A stretch of 64,000 nt of DNA from Octopus sinensis (Eukaryota): positions 19,344,001 to 19,408,000 of the forward strand of contig NC_043009.1 in assembly GCF_006345805.1 (NCBI RefSeq), read 5' to 3'. Below the pieces are notes generated by a model. It did not search any database. It was not told the origin of the DNA and saw only the letters and a list, made by a program, of their open reading frames with translations. Positions 1 through 11,830 of this stretch are shown here, piece after piece. The first letter of the stretch is position 1. Each line of letters starts with the position of its first letter. The translations under genes were made by a program, and so were the position numbers.

Positions 1-329
1 TCGGCAATGGTCTTCCTCGGTCACGGGTGGACGGCCATCATATCTGCAGGTGTAGATGTGTTTAACAGACAGGAGAGTGTATTTGTGTATATACATATAT
101 AACTCATTTGTATATTCAAGTTTTGCGGCGAATGTGAATGTTTTACGGTCTGCTTTTTGTGTCTGTGTTTATATTTGTATATACGTCTTTCCGTTTATGT
201 ATATGTATGTGCGCATAAACTACGCTTTGTATATCCGCGTATGTATGTGTATGTGCGTGTAGAGATGTGTATATGAGCGTAGTGGTGCGTGCCTGATCAT
301 AAATGCGTGTGTATGTGCGTGCATGCGTA

Positions 330-332
<3 letters not shown>

Positions 333-400
<68 letters not shown>
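333..400. repeat. (TA)n(CA)n microsatellite; similar tracts near 5140, 5395, 24153, 25497, 37695, 50512, 52966
   Basis: Directly visible. Confidence 0.98.
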
Positions 401-404
<4 letters not shown>

Positions 405-1869
405 CTGCAGTGAAGACATGTGTCTTTGACCAAAACCTGGCAGGAACTGAGACCATTTCTAGTGTAGCTCATAACGAGGCTAGTGTATCAAAGCAAGGCT
501 AGCTACCTCGTTGATATATTTGTCTGCTGTGTAGGTCGACTCACATATTACTATGCCTAAGTTATGTAGCTCTGCTACAGCTCTAATCAATCAGGGCTAA
601 CTTGAAAGCTCATGTATCACTCACCAGTTTTATCAGTAACTTTTTAGTCTGATAAACTTCTGACCCATTCACAACCTATATGCATCTTTATTAAAATTTA
701 TCTTTTTTTGTCATTTACTATATCTTTTTAAACTATTTACTCCGTCTCTTCTATTTTTTCACTGTTTTCTTTCTCCTTGGTCTTCCTCTCCTGAGAAACT
801 TGCAAACTTGCAATCAAAAATCAGAGGAGCGTCTGAGGAGAGAAGTGTTTTCTACAGAATCAGCAAAGAAAGCCCATCTAGACACTGTGGTCACTACAAA
901 CAACCGCTGCAGGGCAAAAAAAATGTCTAGTATAACTTCTCTACTGTTAGTGTTGTAGTATAACGGCTTGGTCCTTTTCTTAGATGGGAACAACTTTGGA
1001 GTAATAGGCTTGGTTAAACACTACTGCCTAACCTTAGGATGTTTTCATGTTTAATGCAGGGGCAGAAACCTTTGCCATATTGAACTGAGTGTACTTTGTT
1101 GCAACAAATGTGAAAGTGCTTTTCAGTAGGAGTGCTGCTAACAGAGAAATATGCAAATATGATGTATAACCTAGTGGCAAGAAATTAGAAGTTCAGACCA
1201 CAATTTAAAAGATTAGAGAACAAATAAGTTGTGTAATACCCAAAGGTAGCCTCTGCTTCTCTGATAGTACTTTTCCAAGTATTACGGTGGAAGGTAAAAA
1301 CCTCCCAGTTTGTGGTGATTTGATTTAAAACTGATTTTACTGTATGCTATGCTCCTATGAGCAAACAACTAATGATTTGAAGCTTTGGGGATTTGTCTGT
1401 GTGAGTGATGTGAAGGGACATGTCTAGAATGATTGTTTTCATTACCTACCAAGCTGACTTAGAGAGTTAGAGTTGAAACATTTTCCTCCAGGGGTAGCTG
1501 ACATAAAACTGTAGGAGTTCAGACTATTTAGATGATTTAATACACTATACCAAGAGCTGTGAGCTACTGTACTGTAGATAGATGAAAATATTGCAAATGA
1601 GAAGTGTCAACTATATCAACTAACCAGCATATCTAGTTTGCATAAAGAAATGTAAGGTAATTAAGATTTAAGAAACTGGAGTTGACAGGCATACTACTGA
1701 GTTGCTCAGCTGGTCCTACATTAGCTGGTACTACAATAGCTTCTGATGACAACCATAAATGAAAGGTAATACATGGATTTTAATAAATTTTATTTTATTT
1801 CAAATCAAAAGGAAATTTTGAGCATAATGTTTTTAAAGATATGAAGTATATAAAAATATATAAAATATA

Positions 1870-2129
1870 TCAAAATAGAAAAGGTATAACTGCTCTTCTT
1901 TCTTGAGGATAGGATGGTACCATGTTTTTATACCACCTATGGTTCAAGAAACCAGAAATTAATTGGTTGGTAATCACAAATAAAAGTAAAGATAACAGAG
2001 GTATATTAGAAAAATATGACATCATGCTAAATGATACATGAATAAGTATTTCCATGAGAAAATGGGGACAAGATATGAACTTGAAGAGATCTCCATCGGG
2101 AATATAATAATCTGTATTCTTTATTTGAT
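1870..2129 (-). CDS. SRD5A3: Polyprenol reductase, last coding exon (YYIPDGDLFKFISCPHFLMEILI...NHRWYKNMVPSYPQERRAVIPFLF*)
   Basis: Acceptor attttgcag|. 260 nt to TGA. Typical steroid 5-alpha-reductase C-terminus (IP.G..F..VS.P...E, H.WY, YP..R.A.IPF). AATAAA signals on the minus strand near 1789-1799. Confidence 0.95.
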
Positions 2130-2223
2130 CTGCAAAATATTGAAAATGAAAAACATAAAAATTTATTATACATATAACAACATCTCACTTGCGAGTATTT
2201 AACTTAATATTCATAAGCATGAA

Positions 2224-2576
2224 TAAGCACCACCCGTTCGTGGTCGTTACCAGCCTACCCTGGCACCTAAAAAGCACCATCCATACGTGGCCGATGCCAG
2301 CACCACCATGACTGGCTTCCATGTCGGTGGCATGTAAGAACCACCAACCGATCGTGGCCATTGCCAGCCTACCCTGGCACCTGTGCCAGTGGCACGTAAA
2401 AAGCACTTACTAAACTCAAGGAGTGGTTGGCGTTAGGAAGGGCATTCAGCTGTAGAAACACTGCCAGATCAGACTGGAGCCTGGTGCAGCCTCCTTGCTT
2501 CCCAGACCCCGGTCGAAGCGTCCAACCCATGCTAGCATGGAAAACAGACGTTAAACGATGATGATGATGATGATGA
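2224..2576 (+). mobile_element. RTE LINE 3' UTR/tail fragment
   Basis: GAGTGGTTGGCGTTAGGAAGGGC...CCAACCCATGCTAGCATGGAAA...GTTAAAC(GAT)n. The same tail is attached to an RTE ORF end at 55960-56655. Confidence 0.85.
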
Positions 2577-2859
2577 ATATGAGAATTAAAGGTGAAACAT
2601 ACGACACTCTGTTCACAATGATGACTTGTTGTCTCAATTATAACTCAGCAACACTGAACTGCTTGGAAATTTTCTGATATACAGAAAACTCAGTGGTACT
2701 TAAATATGACATTAAAAAACAGACAAGGAAGATTCTGTACATTAGTCATAGAATGGTTTTTGAACAGATCCAGATTAAAGAAATGATAAACTTCCAATTT
2801 ATCAATTGATAGTTAAATATTTAAATCCCAACCCTGTACAACAAACAAGAACAAATAAG

Positions 2860-4940
2860 CTGAACAACAAATATAAGAATCATGATGTCCTCTGCTACAA
2901 CCCAATCACAGTTCAAATGTTTCAACAAAGATCACTATGGAATTTTCTGCCGTTTTAGACAATGTTTCCCAAAATCCAATAGATACCATGCTATTTTTAA
3001 TACACACACAATGAAGCTATCATACACTAATTCTATTAATTTAGAGCAGCATATGCACCACATCAATAACAGTAAAATGAACCAGCAGTTCAATAATCCA
3101 CCTACTGGAACTATAACTTATGACATGTGAACTACTTCCTTCTTGACATAATTTAAAAACAGCCAACATATACATCCAAATGCCAAGAAAGGAGATATAA
3201 AACAGACTGAAAAACGTCACATCATGGTGGTAGCAATAATCGTAATATAGCCAACAGGAGATGAAATCAGAACTGCCACAAATACAACTAAATGTAATAA
3301 ATTCTCATGCAGAGAAAAATCAAAATGCCCACTGATGACCCTCTTTAAGAGTATGAATCTTGTATATAAATGTACCATACACACAAGGGGATGACCATAT
3401 GTTTACATTAGAGCAATGGCTGATTCATTCAAGAATTGTTATTACTACCATGTTGCCAGCATCAAGAAAATCAACAAGAGGCATTCAAAATCTTTGGCTA
3501 ATTTTGTGTGGTGATTTAAAGACAATAAAAGTAAATATGATCTAACTTGGTTCACAATAAGGTATGCACAACATTATGATTATTAATTTCGTTAATGATT
3601 ACTCAAATTCATTTCCACCTCATTGTGTGAAAGTGCATTTATAAGCATCCAGGAGATGTACACTCTGCTTTTAGGAATCTCTGTCTATTTTGTGGACCAA
3701 TCAGAAGATCATTAATCAAGTTTCTGAAAGACTCTCCAGATGCTTACACGCTTATAAATGCACTTTCGCACAATGAGGTGGAAATGAGTAACCATAACCA
3801 AGAATTTGAGTAACCATTAACCAAATTAATAATCATAATTTACCTTAAGGACGAATTAAACTTAAAACTAGCTCATCCATTCTTATAAACAATAAGTAGT
3901 TATTTAATCCACTATGTGAGTGTATGCTTATATCTTTGTGGATGTTGGTACAAGTGAGTGTAAGTGTGCCATGTAGCCTGAGCATGGGCATTTATATATC
4001 CAAAACTGTTAACAGTTATATTTAATACATTTTCACTGTATTATGCATTCAGTGACCGAGACTTTTGGAAATATGCTCTGCATGAGAAGACCCGGCAGCC
4101 AAATGAGACTATAATCTCGTGGCCTATGCCAGGGGCGTTACCAGCCCACTTATGCGTACCTTTTCCTTCTTTGGACACTAAAACTCTGCTTGTGAAGACC
4201 TGTTGAGGCAAGTGAAATCAAAATTAAATTCGATGACTGGCGTCCGTGCTAGCGGGGTGCAAAGAGCACCATACGAGTGTGATCATTGACAGAGCGGCTA
4301 ACCAGCTTCCATGCCGGTGGCACTTAAAAGGCACCATTCGAGCGTGATCGTTACCAGCGTCGCCTTACTGGCACTTGAGCCCCCTGCTAGTAGGGTATTA
4401 AGAGCACCATCTGAGCATGATCGTTGCCAGAGCGGCTATCTGGCCTCTGTGCTGGTGGCACATAAAAGACACCATTCGAGCGTGATCGTTACCAGTGTCG
4501 CCTTGCTGGCACCTGTGCCAGTGGCATGTGTAAAATATTCGAGCGAGGTCATTGCCAGTACCGCCAGACTGGCCCCGTGCCGGTGGCATGTAAAAGCACC
4601 CACTACACTCTCGGAGCGGTTGGCCTTAGGAAGGGCATCAAGCTGTAAAAACTCTGCCAGATCAAGATTGAAGCCTGGTGCAGCCATCTGGTTCACCAGC
4701 CCTCAGTCATTCGTCCAACCCATGCTAGCATGGAAAGCAGACGTTAAACGATGATGATGATGATGAAGTATCTTTTAATTTGCTGCTTTTCTAAGCACAA
4801 ACCGAGTTGATATCTTGTGGCACAGTCATTATTTCCAGAGGACACATCTTGTAATCACCTGAAGAGACATAGATCCACCATCAGATACTCCGAAACCAAC
4901 TGTTAAGTATTCCACCAATCAGGGATCACCGTCTCTCTCA
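2860..4940 (+). mobile_element. Degenerate Penelope-like element (GIY-YIG end plus 3' region), interrupted by an RTE insertion
   Basis: Frameshifted remnants YNP..SSNVSTKI, CFPKSNRYHAIFNTHTMKLSY, SCREKSKCPL, VYKCTI, YVYI...SFK..YYYH, RHSKSLANFVW, CTLC, IINQVSERLSRCLHAYK. Hammerhead-like CTGAAGA...CGAAAC at 4859-4896. Confidence 0.8.
4050..4766 (+). mobile_element. 5'-truncated RTE LINE (last codons plus 3' UTR with tandem modules)
   Basis: Begins DRDFWKYALHEKTRQ (compare DRDLWRYAVTTKTR at about 56240) and ends in (GAT)n. Confidence 0.85.
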
Positions 4941-4949
4941 TTATTTTCT

Positions 4950-5133
4950 TTTATTCTTTTATTTGTTTCAGTCATGCTGGAGCATTACTTTTAGTCGAAC
5001 AAATTGACCCCTTTGTAAGCCTAGTACTTATTCTATCAGTCCCTTTTGCTGAACCACTATGTTATGAGGACATAAACAAACCAACATCGGTTGTCAAGTG
5101 ATTGTGGGGTGGGACAAACACAGACATACAAAC

Positions 5134-5200
<67 letters not shown>

Positions 5201-5347
5201 TATGATGAGCTTCTTTCAGTTTCTGTCTACCAAATCCACTCACAAGGATTTGGTAGGCCTGAGGCTATCGTAGAAGACACTTGCCGAAGGTGCCCGGAAC
5301 CATGCGGCTAGTAAGCAAGCTATTTACCACACAGCCACTCCTATGCC
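4950..5347 (-). mobile_element. tRNA-derived SINE family B (CORE-like centre, internal TA/CA microsatellite)
   Basis: Same structure as the copies at 41711-42116 and 42991-43405. Confidence 0.85.
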
Positions 5348-5392
5348 ATATATATTGTTATATATATATAAATGAATGTATGTGTGTGTGTG

Positions 5393-5442
<50 letters not shown>

Positions 5443-6429
5443 CACACATATATAATTTTATTATTATTAATATAAATATCAATATATATTATATTTATCC
5501 TGAAGAATATATATTCTTTTCGTCATATGTTATTTATGAATTTTTATCTGCCTTTTCATTGTACATAATTTACAAATTTTAAAATCATATAGGTATGAAA
5601 GTATGTAAACAAATAATCAATATAAGACATAATTTATAAAACAAAGTTCAATAAATTTCGTCAGAGAAATGAAATGAAGTAGATTGGATGTTAAAATGGA
5701 TTATCTTTTATTTCATACTCCCAAACAATTGTTTCTGACAAAATGACCAAGATTTCCACAATGAGAGAATATCACAAAGGTTGAATTTGTACTCGTCAGT
5801 AGGTGAGATTTAAAGGAAAATAAACAAAAAGACTTTTAAAATATACATTGAATTTTTTAGGTATTTGTATGTTCATTCTTGCACTTATGGTTATTTGAAT
5901 CCAGACATTGAAGGACTTGGCAGCTTAAATATCTAATATATATATATATATCTAATATTTAATTCAAAGACATATATTTTATATGAATATGCAAATACGA
6001 AAAAATTCAATGTATATTTTAAAAGTCTTTTTGTTTATTTTCTTTGCGGCTTAAATGTATCCCGACCAGAAAGAATAAAGTGTCAACCTCTATCCACACA
6101 TTCAAATTCTGAATTCCAAGGCATGATTTTGCATCAATTTGTATCTCTAGGAATATTCTCTGGATGAGAGGAATGGGATTGTTATATTGTTTATATCTGT
6201 TATTTTATGGAACAGTATATAATATGGTGTAATTGGTTCCTAACATTGACATTGCAATAAAGAATTAAACTTTTATACCTCAATTATGGATTCTATATCT
6301 CATGTCATTTGCAGACAGCTTTATTGTGAGGAGATAAAATATGTGATAACAGTGGCTTCATAGTGGTTTTTGACTGCTATTGACTGGGGTCTGGGAAGGC
6401 AGGAAGCTGCAACAGGCTCCAATCTGATT

Positions 6430-8486
6430 TCACTTGCTGAAATATTGCTGGTGCGACCTTAACCCCAAATAGCAGTCTTTTGAAATGGTGAGAGACCTTT
6501 ATGAATATTGATTGTTAATACTTCAGCACATTCTTCATCTACCAGTAATTGGAGGTAGGCTTCTGACAAATCCAGCTTGGAAAAAAATTTTCCCACCATT
6601 GCACTTAGCAAATATTTCTTCTGGCCTCAGAAGTGGATAATTGTAATCTTTTAAACAATCATTAAGACCAGTTGAGAAGTCTGCACATACTCTTATTTCG
6701 TTGTTCTTCTTTTTTGAATATATACAGTAGGAGCTGCCCACTCAAAGTAGTCTACCTTTTCAATTACCTCCATACATTCCAATCTTTTTAATTCCTTCTC
6801 AAATTGATTTCACGCTGCAAAAGGTACCTTCCTCTTTGGTTTGAACACTGGCACTGCATTTTCTTTCAACTCAAACTTTACTTTGATTTTTTTTACACCT
6901 ACGGATTTCTTTCAAAAACACATCAGGATACATCTTTTTCAATTTAAATTTCAATTTTTCCAATGCTTTCTCTGACACAGACTGTGACATATTCCCCTTA
7001 TTACATAGTGTATTCAGTGGTAGATACCACATGTCGAATTCTTCCCGAAGAATTAAATCTGTCCCGAACAGATTCATTGTATTCTTAGATACCATTAGTT
7101 CACTTTTCTTTCTGGTGAAATTTCACCCAAGAATTGAACTTTGTTCCCCTGACACACCGTGAGCTATCCTAGTAGTTTTTTTATACGCCGGCCTACCTAT
7201 CTTACTCTATGTTGCAATATTTATTATTGATACATCTGAACTGGTATCTAATCGCATTTTGGTCTGAAAACCATTTATTTCTACCATCATAGATTTTGTA
7301 TGGTATAATTTACTTTTGTTGAGTAGACTTTCTTCGGTTTTGCAATTTTCTTCAACCGGCATTTCGTCTGTATATGCTCAATTTTACCACACTTAAAACA
7401 TGTTTTATCTTTAAAGGGGCAATCTTTCCTCAAATGTTGGTCCCCACACCATAGCACCATTTTGAATTTATTTATTTTCTTCTATCAGTATTTTCTTTAC
7501 ATGTTTGTACATTATTATTATTGTCTTCTATTTTTCTTGTATCTTCTCGAAGGTTTATTGGCATTCCTCAGCCACTTTCTACAAGATTAGTTTCACATCT
7601 TCATTCAGCTTTGATAATATTCTTTTTCCAATTTCTGCATCTTCCATTGCCACCAGCCCTTTAACAAATATTAGGCACTTAAACATATCTGGCGTTAATT
7701 CTTCCAGCTTAAACCTTTCGCAAACCTTATTAACCATACCGGCATATGTTACAAAATCGTCGAACTCATTTTTCTTTAAATTTAAACATTCCCATTGAAT
7801 GCTAAACTGCGAACTTTACTCACTAAAAATATTAGTCAAAATATTTATTGTTTCATCAAAACACAATTCCGTAGGCTTTCTCGTCAAAATAAAGTTACAA
7901 AAACTTTCATGTTCCGGAGGGACAAGCTTTCACAAAAGGAGCCTTACTTTCCTTTCACTAGACCATTCCTTGCATTCCTCTCGGAATATGTCTTCGTATT
8001 GTCTGTAATATGCAATAAAAGTAGTTCCTTCATCCGGTTTGTAGTGAAATTCTTCGATGGAATTTACAACACCATCTGCTGAAAATGATTCTGTTGTATT
8101 TCTTGACTGCAGTAACAATTCTCTTAACTTCTGTAGTTGCTGCTCTTGTTGTTTGACAACTGCTTTCAGTAACTCTTCCATTTCGGTGCTATTTGAAACC
8201 TCGTTGCCACTGTTATATCGCATGTTCGGATGGCGTGCCTTCACTAATAACATACCTCTATTCAACTACCGAACTCTCACTTCCGACAACTCGACTCAAC
8301 AGAACTTGACATCTAGTCTACCAATGGCTTCGGCTTGCTCTACACAACACTTCTCGTCTAGCTATCACGTCCACTATTTATATGTATTGGACTAGCCTAT
8401 TTATCGTCTGGGGATGTCCATACAACAAAAACAATCCCAGACATCTTGCCCCTTTACCAGATAAATCAATTGTGCTAAACACTACA
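6430..8486 (-). mobile_element. Gypsy/Ty3 (Mag/K02A2.6-like) LTR retrotransposon relic: 5' LTR, PBS, gag, protease, partial RT
   Basis: LTR end TAACA at 8211 is followed by PBS-like TGGCAACGAG. Gag MEELLKAVVKQQ..., two zinc knuckles (CPFKDKTCFKCGKIEH), protease LDTSSD, RT IRVCADFSTGLN..., SKLDLSEAYLQ, FGVKVAPAIFQ. Contains stops and frameshifts. Outer LTR boundary uncertain. Confidence 0.9.
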
Positions 8487-8689
8487 ACTCCTTAAAAGTT
8501 AGATCTTATTCAATTGCCTTCGTACCCTCACCCAACATTTAACCTATATTCACAGAATACCCCTAAATTCTGTGTACCTGCCCACCTCCCTTTGTTCTTT
8601 AGCTAGCAAATCCTAAACTCCAAACCTATGCGTAATTGGCTTTATGAATGCATTTATTTTCTTCACTTTTACTTTTTGCCAGTGGAGCA

Positions 8690-9246
8690 CTAACAGCTCC
8701 ATCCAAGCGGAATCACTGCCAGAGCAGCTGTCTGGAACGTAAAGAGCACCATTTGAGCGTGATCGTTGTCAGCATCGCCTCACTGGCACATGAACAAAAC
8801 ATTTGAGCGAGGTCATTGCCAGTGCTGCTGGACTGACTCCTGTGCAGGAGGCACGTAAAAAACACTATTTACGAGCGTGGCCGTTGCTAGTACCGCCAGA
8901 CTGGCCCTTGTGCCGATGGCACTTTAAAAGCACCCACTGCACTCTCGAAGTGGTTGGCATTAGGAAGGGCATCCAGCTGTAGAAACTCTGCCAGATCAGA
9001 TTGGAGCATGGTGGAGCCATCTGGTTCGCCAGACCTCAGTCAAATCGTCCAACCCATGCTAGCATGAAAAGCAGACGTTAAACGATGATGATGATGATGA
9101 TGATATATATATATATATATATATAATATATATATATATGTGATCAGATTGGAGCCTGGTGCAGCCTTCTGGCTTGCCAGCCCTCAGTCAAACCGTCCAA
9201 CTCATGGCAACATGGAAAGTGGACGTTAAATGCCGATGATGATGAT
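8690..9246 (+). mobile_element. Two RTE 3' tail fragments separated by (TA)n
   Basis: Same tail consensus with (GAT)n ends at about 9103 and 9246. Confidence 0.85.
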
Positions 9247-9857
9247 ATACACACACATTTGTATATATTCTTCAACCTAAGCCAAGTGGCAGGAGACATA
9301 AGGGTAGACAAAGCATAAAATGGTTGGATAATACCCATAGTCTCAGGTAGTCACACTGGGGAATGCAGCCAAAAAGTGTAGTGACAGCTGCTTCTGATAG
9401 CATACAATGAAGGCGGTGTCTGAGGACTCTAACCCTATGACCCTTCCAAAAATAGTGGGTGAAGATGGATGGACGTATCTTATACACTTAGCATTTGTGT
9501 GTGTGTGAGTGTTGGTGTGTGAAGAAATATTTGTAGTGTTTACAGTATTGAGATGTCTATGTGTGTCATATAGTTTTTTTTTGTTTTATTTTATTCAGTG
9601 GCACTATATGGAAAAAAAAAGACGAGACAAAACACAAAAGTACTAGACTTATAAGATTCCTCATTGGTAAGAAGTTCAAGGACTCACTGCTATTTAAAAA
9701 GTAACCTGAATAAGAAAGAGATTTGAAAGAATGGAATGTATTTAGCAAGGAGCAAATGAAACTCAAAACTCCAAATGATTCTTGGAACCCATCAGGATCC
9801 TTACAACAACACCAACGTCAGCAGTATTACCAAAATAAGCAACAATAAAATACTTAC

Positions 9858-9992
9858 TTGCTTGTTTTTTCCTTAGGTTAGACAGCATAATACAATAATG
9901 GTTCTGCTTCCAAGAAGAAACTACAAAAAGTAAAAACCCAAGGAGATGTAGAAGGTGCAACTTGCTGAGGTGCAATTCTTTAAAAGTGAGTT
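9858..9992 (-). CDS. SRD5A3: Polyprenol reductase, coding exon 4 (LTFKEL...LHLLGFLLFVVSSWKQNHYCIMLSNLRKKQA)
   Basis: Acceptor tttttgtttcag|, donor |gtaagta. 135 nt, phase 1 to 1. Carries the Q...H..L.NLRK-like motif. Confidence 0.92.
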
Positions 9993-11629
9993 CTGAAACA
10001 AAAATTATATCTTATTTTAAACAGTAGTAAACAATGCAAAGTTAATGGATTTGCATACCATTATAGGAGCATTATTTCCCTTTAGCGGAACTGTTATCCA
10101 GTTATGCATAATTTGGTTAGTTCAACCAACTACCTTGCATTTTTTTAATACTCTCATGTGCATCCATTCTGTAACATGCCTTTTAATGCTGTGAAATGCC
10201 TTCTACTCAACACCTAGTCTTGCAAACTCAGTCTCCAATGCACAGATTTCATTGGGGAATACTGCATCAGATTCTGCAATTGGCGTTGTTTCACAGTGCT
10301 TCCAGCAGTTACACTGGAACACCATTTTTTGCATACTTCATTCTTCCTGCATCTAATCTTTCAGCTTCTGCAAGTGATTCACTGCTCTTGCAGACTTAAA
10401 ACACTTTTGCCTCTGCAAACGACTTACCACTCTTGCAGGCAAAGTCTTGGCACAGCTAATGTCTCAGCAGCCAACATTGCACTCTCATATACTTTGACTT
10501 CCAGTGATTTCCAGTTTCCTGGACAGTTGCTATCACATTTCTATGTCAGGTTTTGCTTGCTTTGTCTCAAGGAGACCACCTTTCAGAGCAGCAGGCTACA
10601 AACAACTTCTTTCATAGTGTTTTCTCCTTTATTTTAATCGCCCTTTCAGTCTGAGCTGGTCATGTAGGAGCACTATTTCCCGTTGGTGGAACTGTTATCC
10701 AGCTATGCTCGATTTGGTTGGTTCAGGCAACTGCGTGGCATCATGCATAGATACACACTGCTGTCAGTCACTTAGACATGGGAAGTTTCCTAGCAATCCC
10801 AGCCAAGCCTCCAAGAAAGTCCAACGTAATTTGTCATGTCGCTGTCAGAGCTCAACTCTACCATGTGGACAATATCGAAGGAAGAAACATTCTAAAACTA
10901 AATAACTAATTATGGACTGTTCGAACATTTATCCCATTCACATTTTAACAGTAAGTGTTACATGTTATTTATGCTGAATACACCTTCCTCTAGATTTGTG
11001 ACCCTATAACGAGTAGCTCAAACTTTTCTTTTGCTCACTTAGGATACTGTTATACCATACCTTTGAATGCTATACCCTGTATGCTGTCAAGCAAACTTTG
11101 ATTTAATGCTATCATCATTTCCTCTTATAATAAATTACTATGTTCTATTAAGTCTTCTGCTGTTCTAAAAAGTCAGAGGTTATTTCAATTCCAAATTTGA
11201 GCCTATTTCTGCTTTTTTTTAAGCAATTTTAAATATGTTTTAAAATGTATTCTTACTACAAGAAGCATAATTTTATTTAGATTTGAAATTTTTTTAAAGG
11301 AATAACTATAATAGATATTTCTTTTCTTTAACAATGTATGAATTAACTGTTTTTGTAAATTTTTCATTCATGAAGTAGACTTTAGCTAGGGTAACAAAAT
11401 AAAAGAAAGTTTCTTGCTGAAGGTCACAACACACAACCCAGTCTGAGAATTGAACTCACTACCTCATGATTGTGAACCCAACGCTCTAATCACTGAGTCA
11501 TGTACATTTTACCCTTATCCTGTGCATGTGTGTGTGTGTGTGTGTGGTGTGGTGTGTGTATGTATAGCATGTGTGTGTGTGTTGTTTGTTTTTTCAAATT
11601 AAGACAATGAAACGTAAGAAAAACTTAAC

Positions 11630-11830
11630 TGGTATTGTTGCAAATGACAGCCGATTCCAGTGTCGGGATGGCAGATAATGAAAAGTAGTGAATAAAGCCT
11701 GCAATATAGTGAAGTATGGAAATAGTTGCTGAGGAATAGATGCTGACACTTCTACTCTCAATATAGCGTCTACAGGTGTGCACAGTAATGCAAGACAATA
11801 CTAGAACTGTTGTAAAGTTGTCAATCGGCC
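11630..11830 (-). CDS. SRD5A3: Polyprenol reductase, coding exon 3 (PIDNF...HTCRRYIESRSVSIYSSATISILHYIAGFIHYF...)
   Basis: Acceptor tttttacctttgcag|, donor |gttaag. 201 nt, phase 1 to 1. Carries the RRxxE..VS.(F/Y)S....HY..G..(H/Y)Y motif. Confidence 0.9.

Noticed and set aside
56-472. ORFs rich in YIYI/CVCV/THTH (also near 5091-5582, 26109-26646, 34818-36184, 37537-37923, 50428-50852)
   Set aside because: They are translations of dinucleotide and tetranucleotide microsatellites.
828-870. CTGAGGA...GAAT hammerhead-like string
   Set aside because: There is no GAAA box and no closing stems.
4311-4754. 147-aa ORF with internal repeats
   Set aside because: It lies in the tandem modules of an RTE 3' UTR and is not conserved in the other copies.
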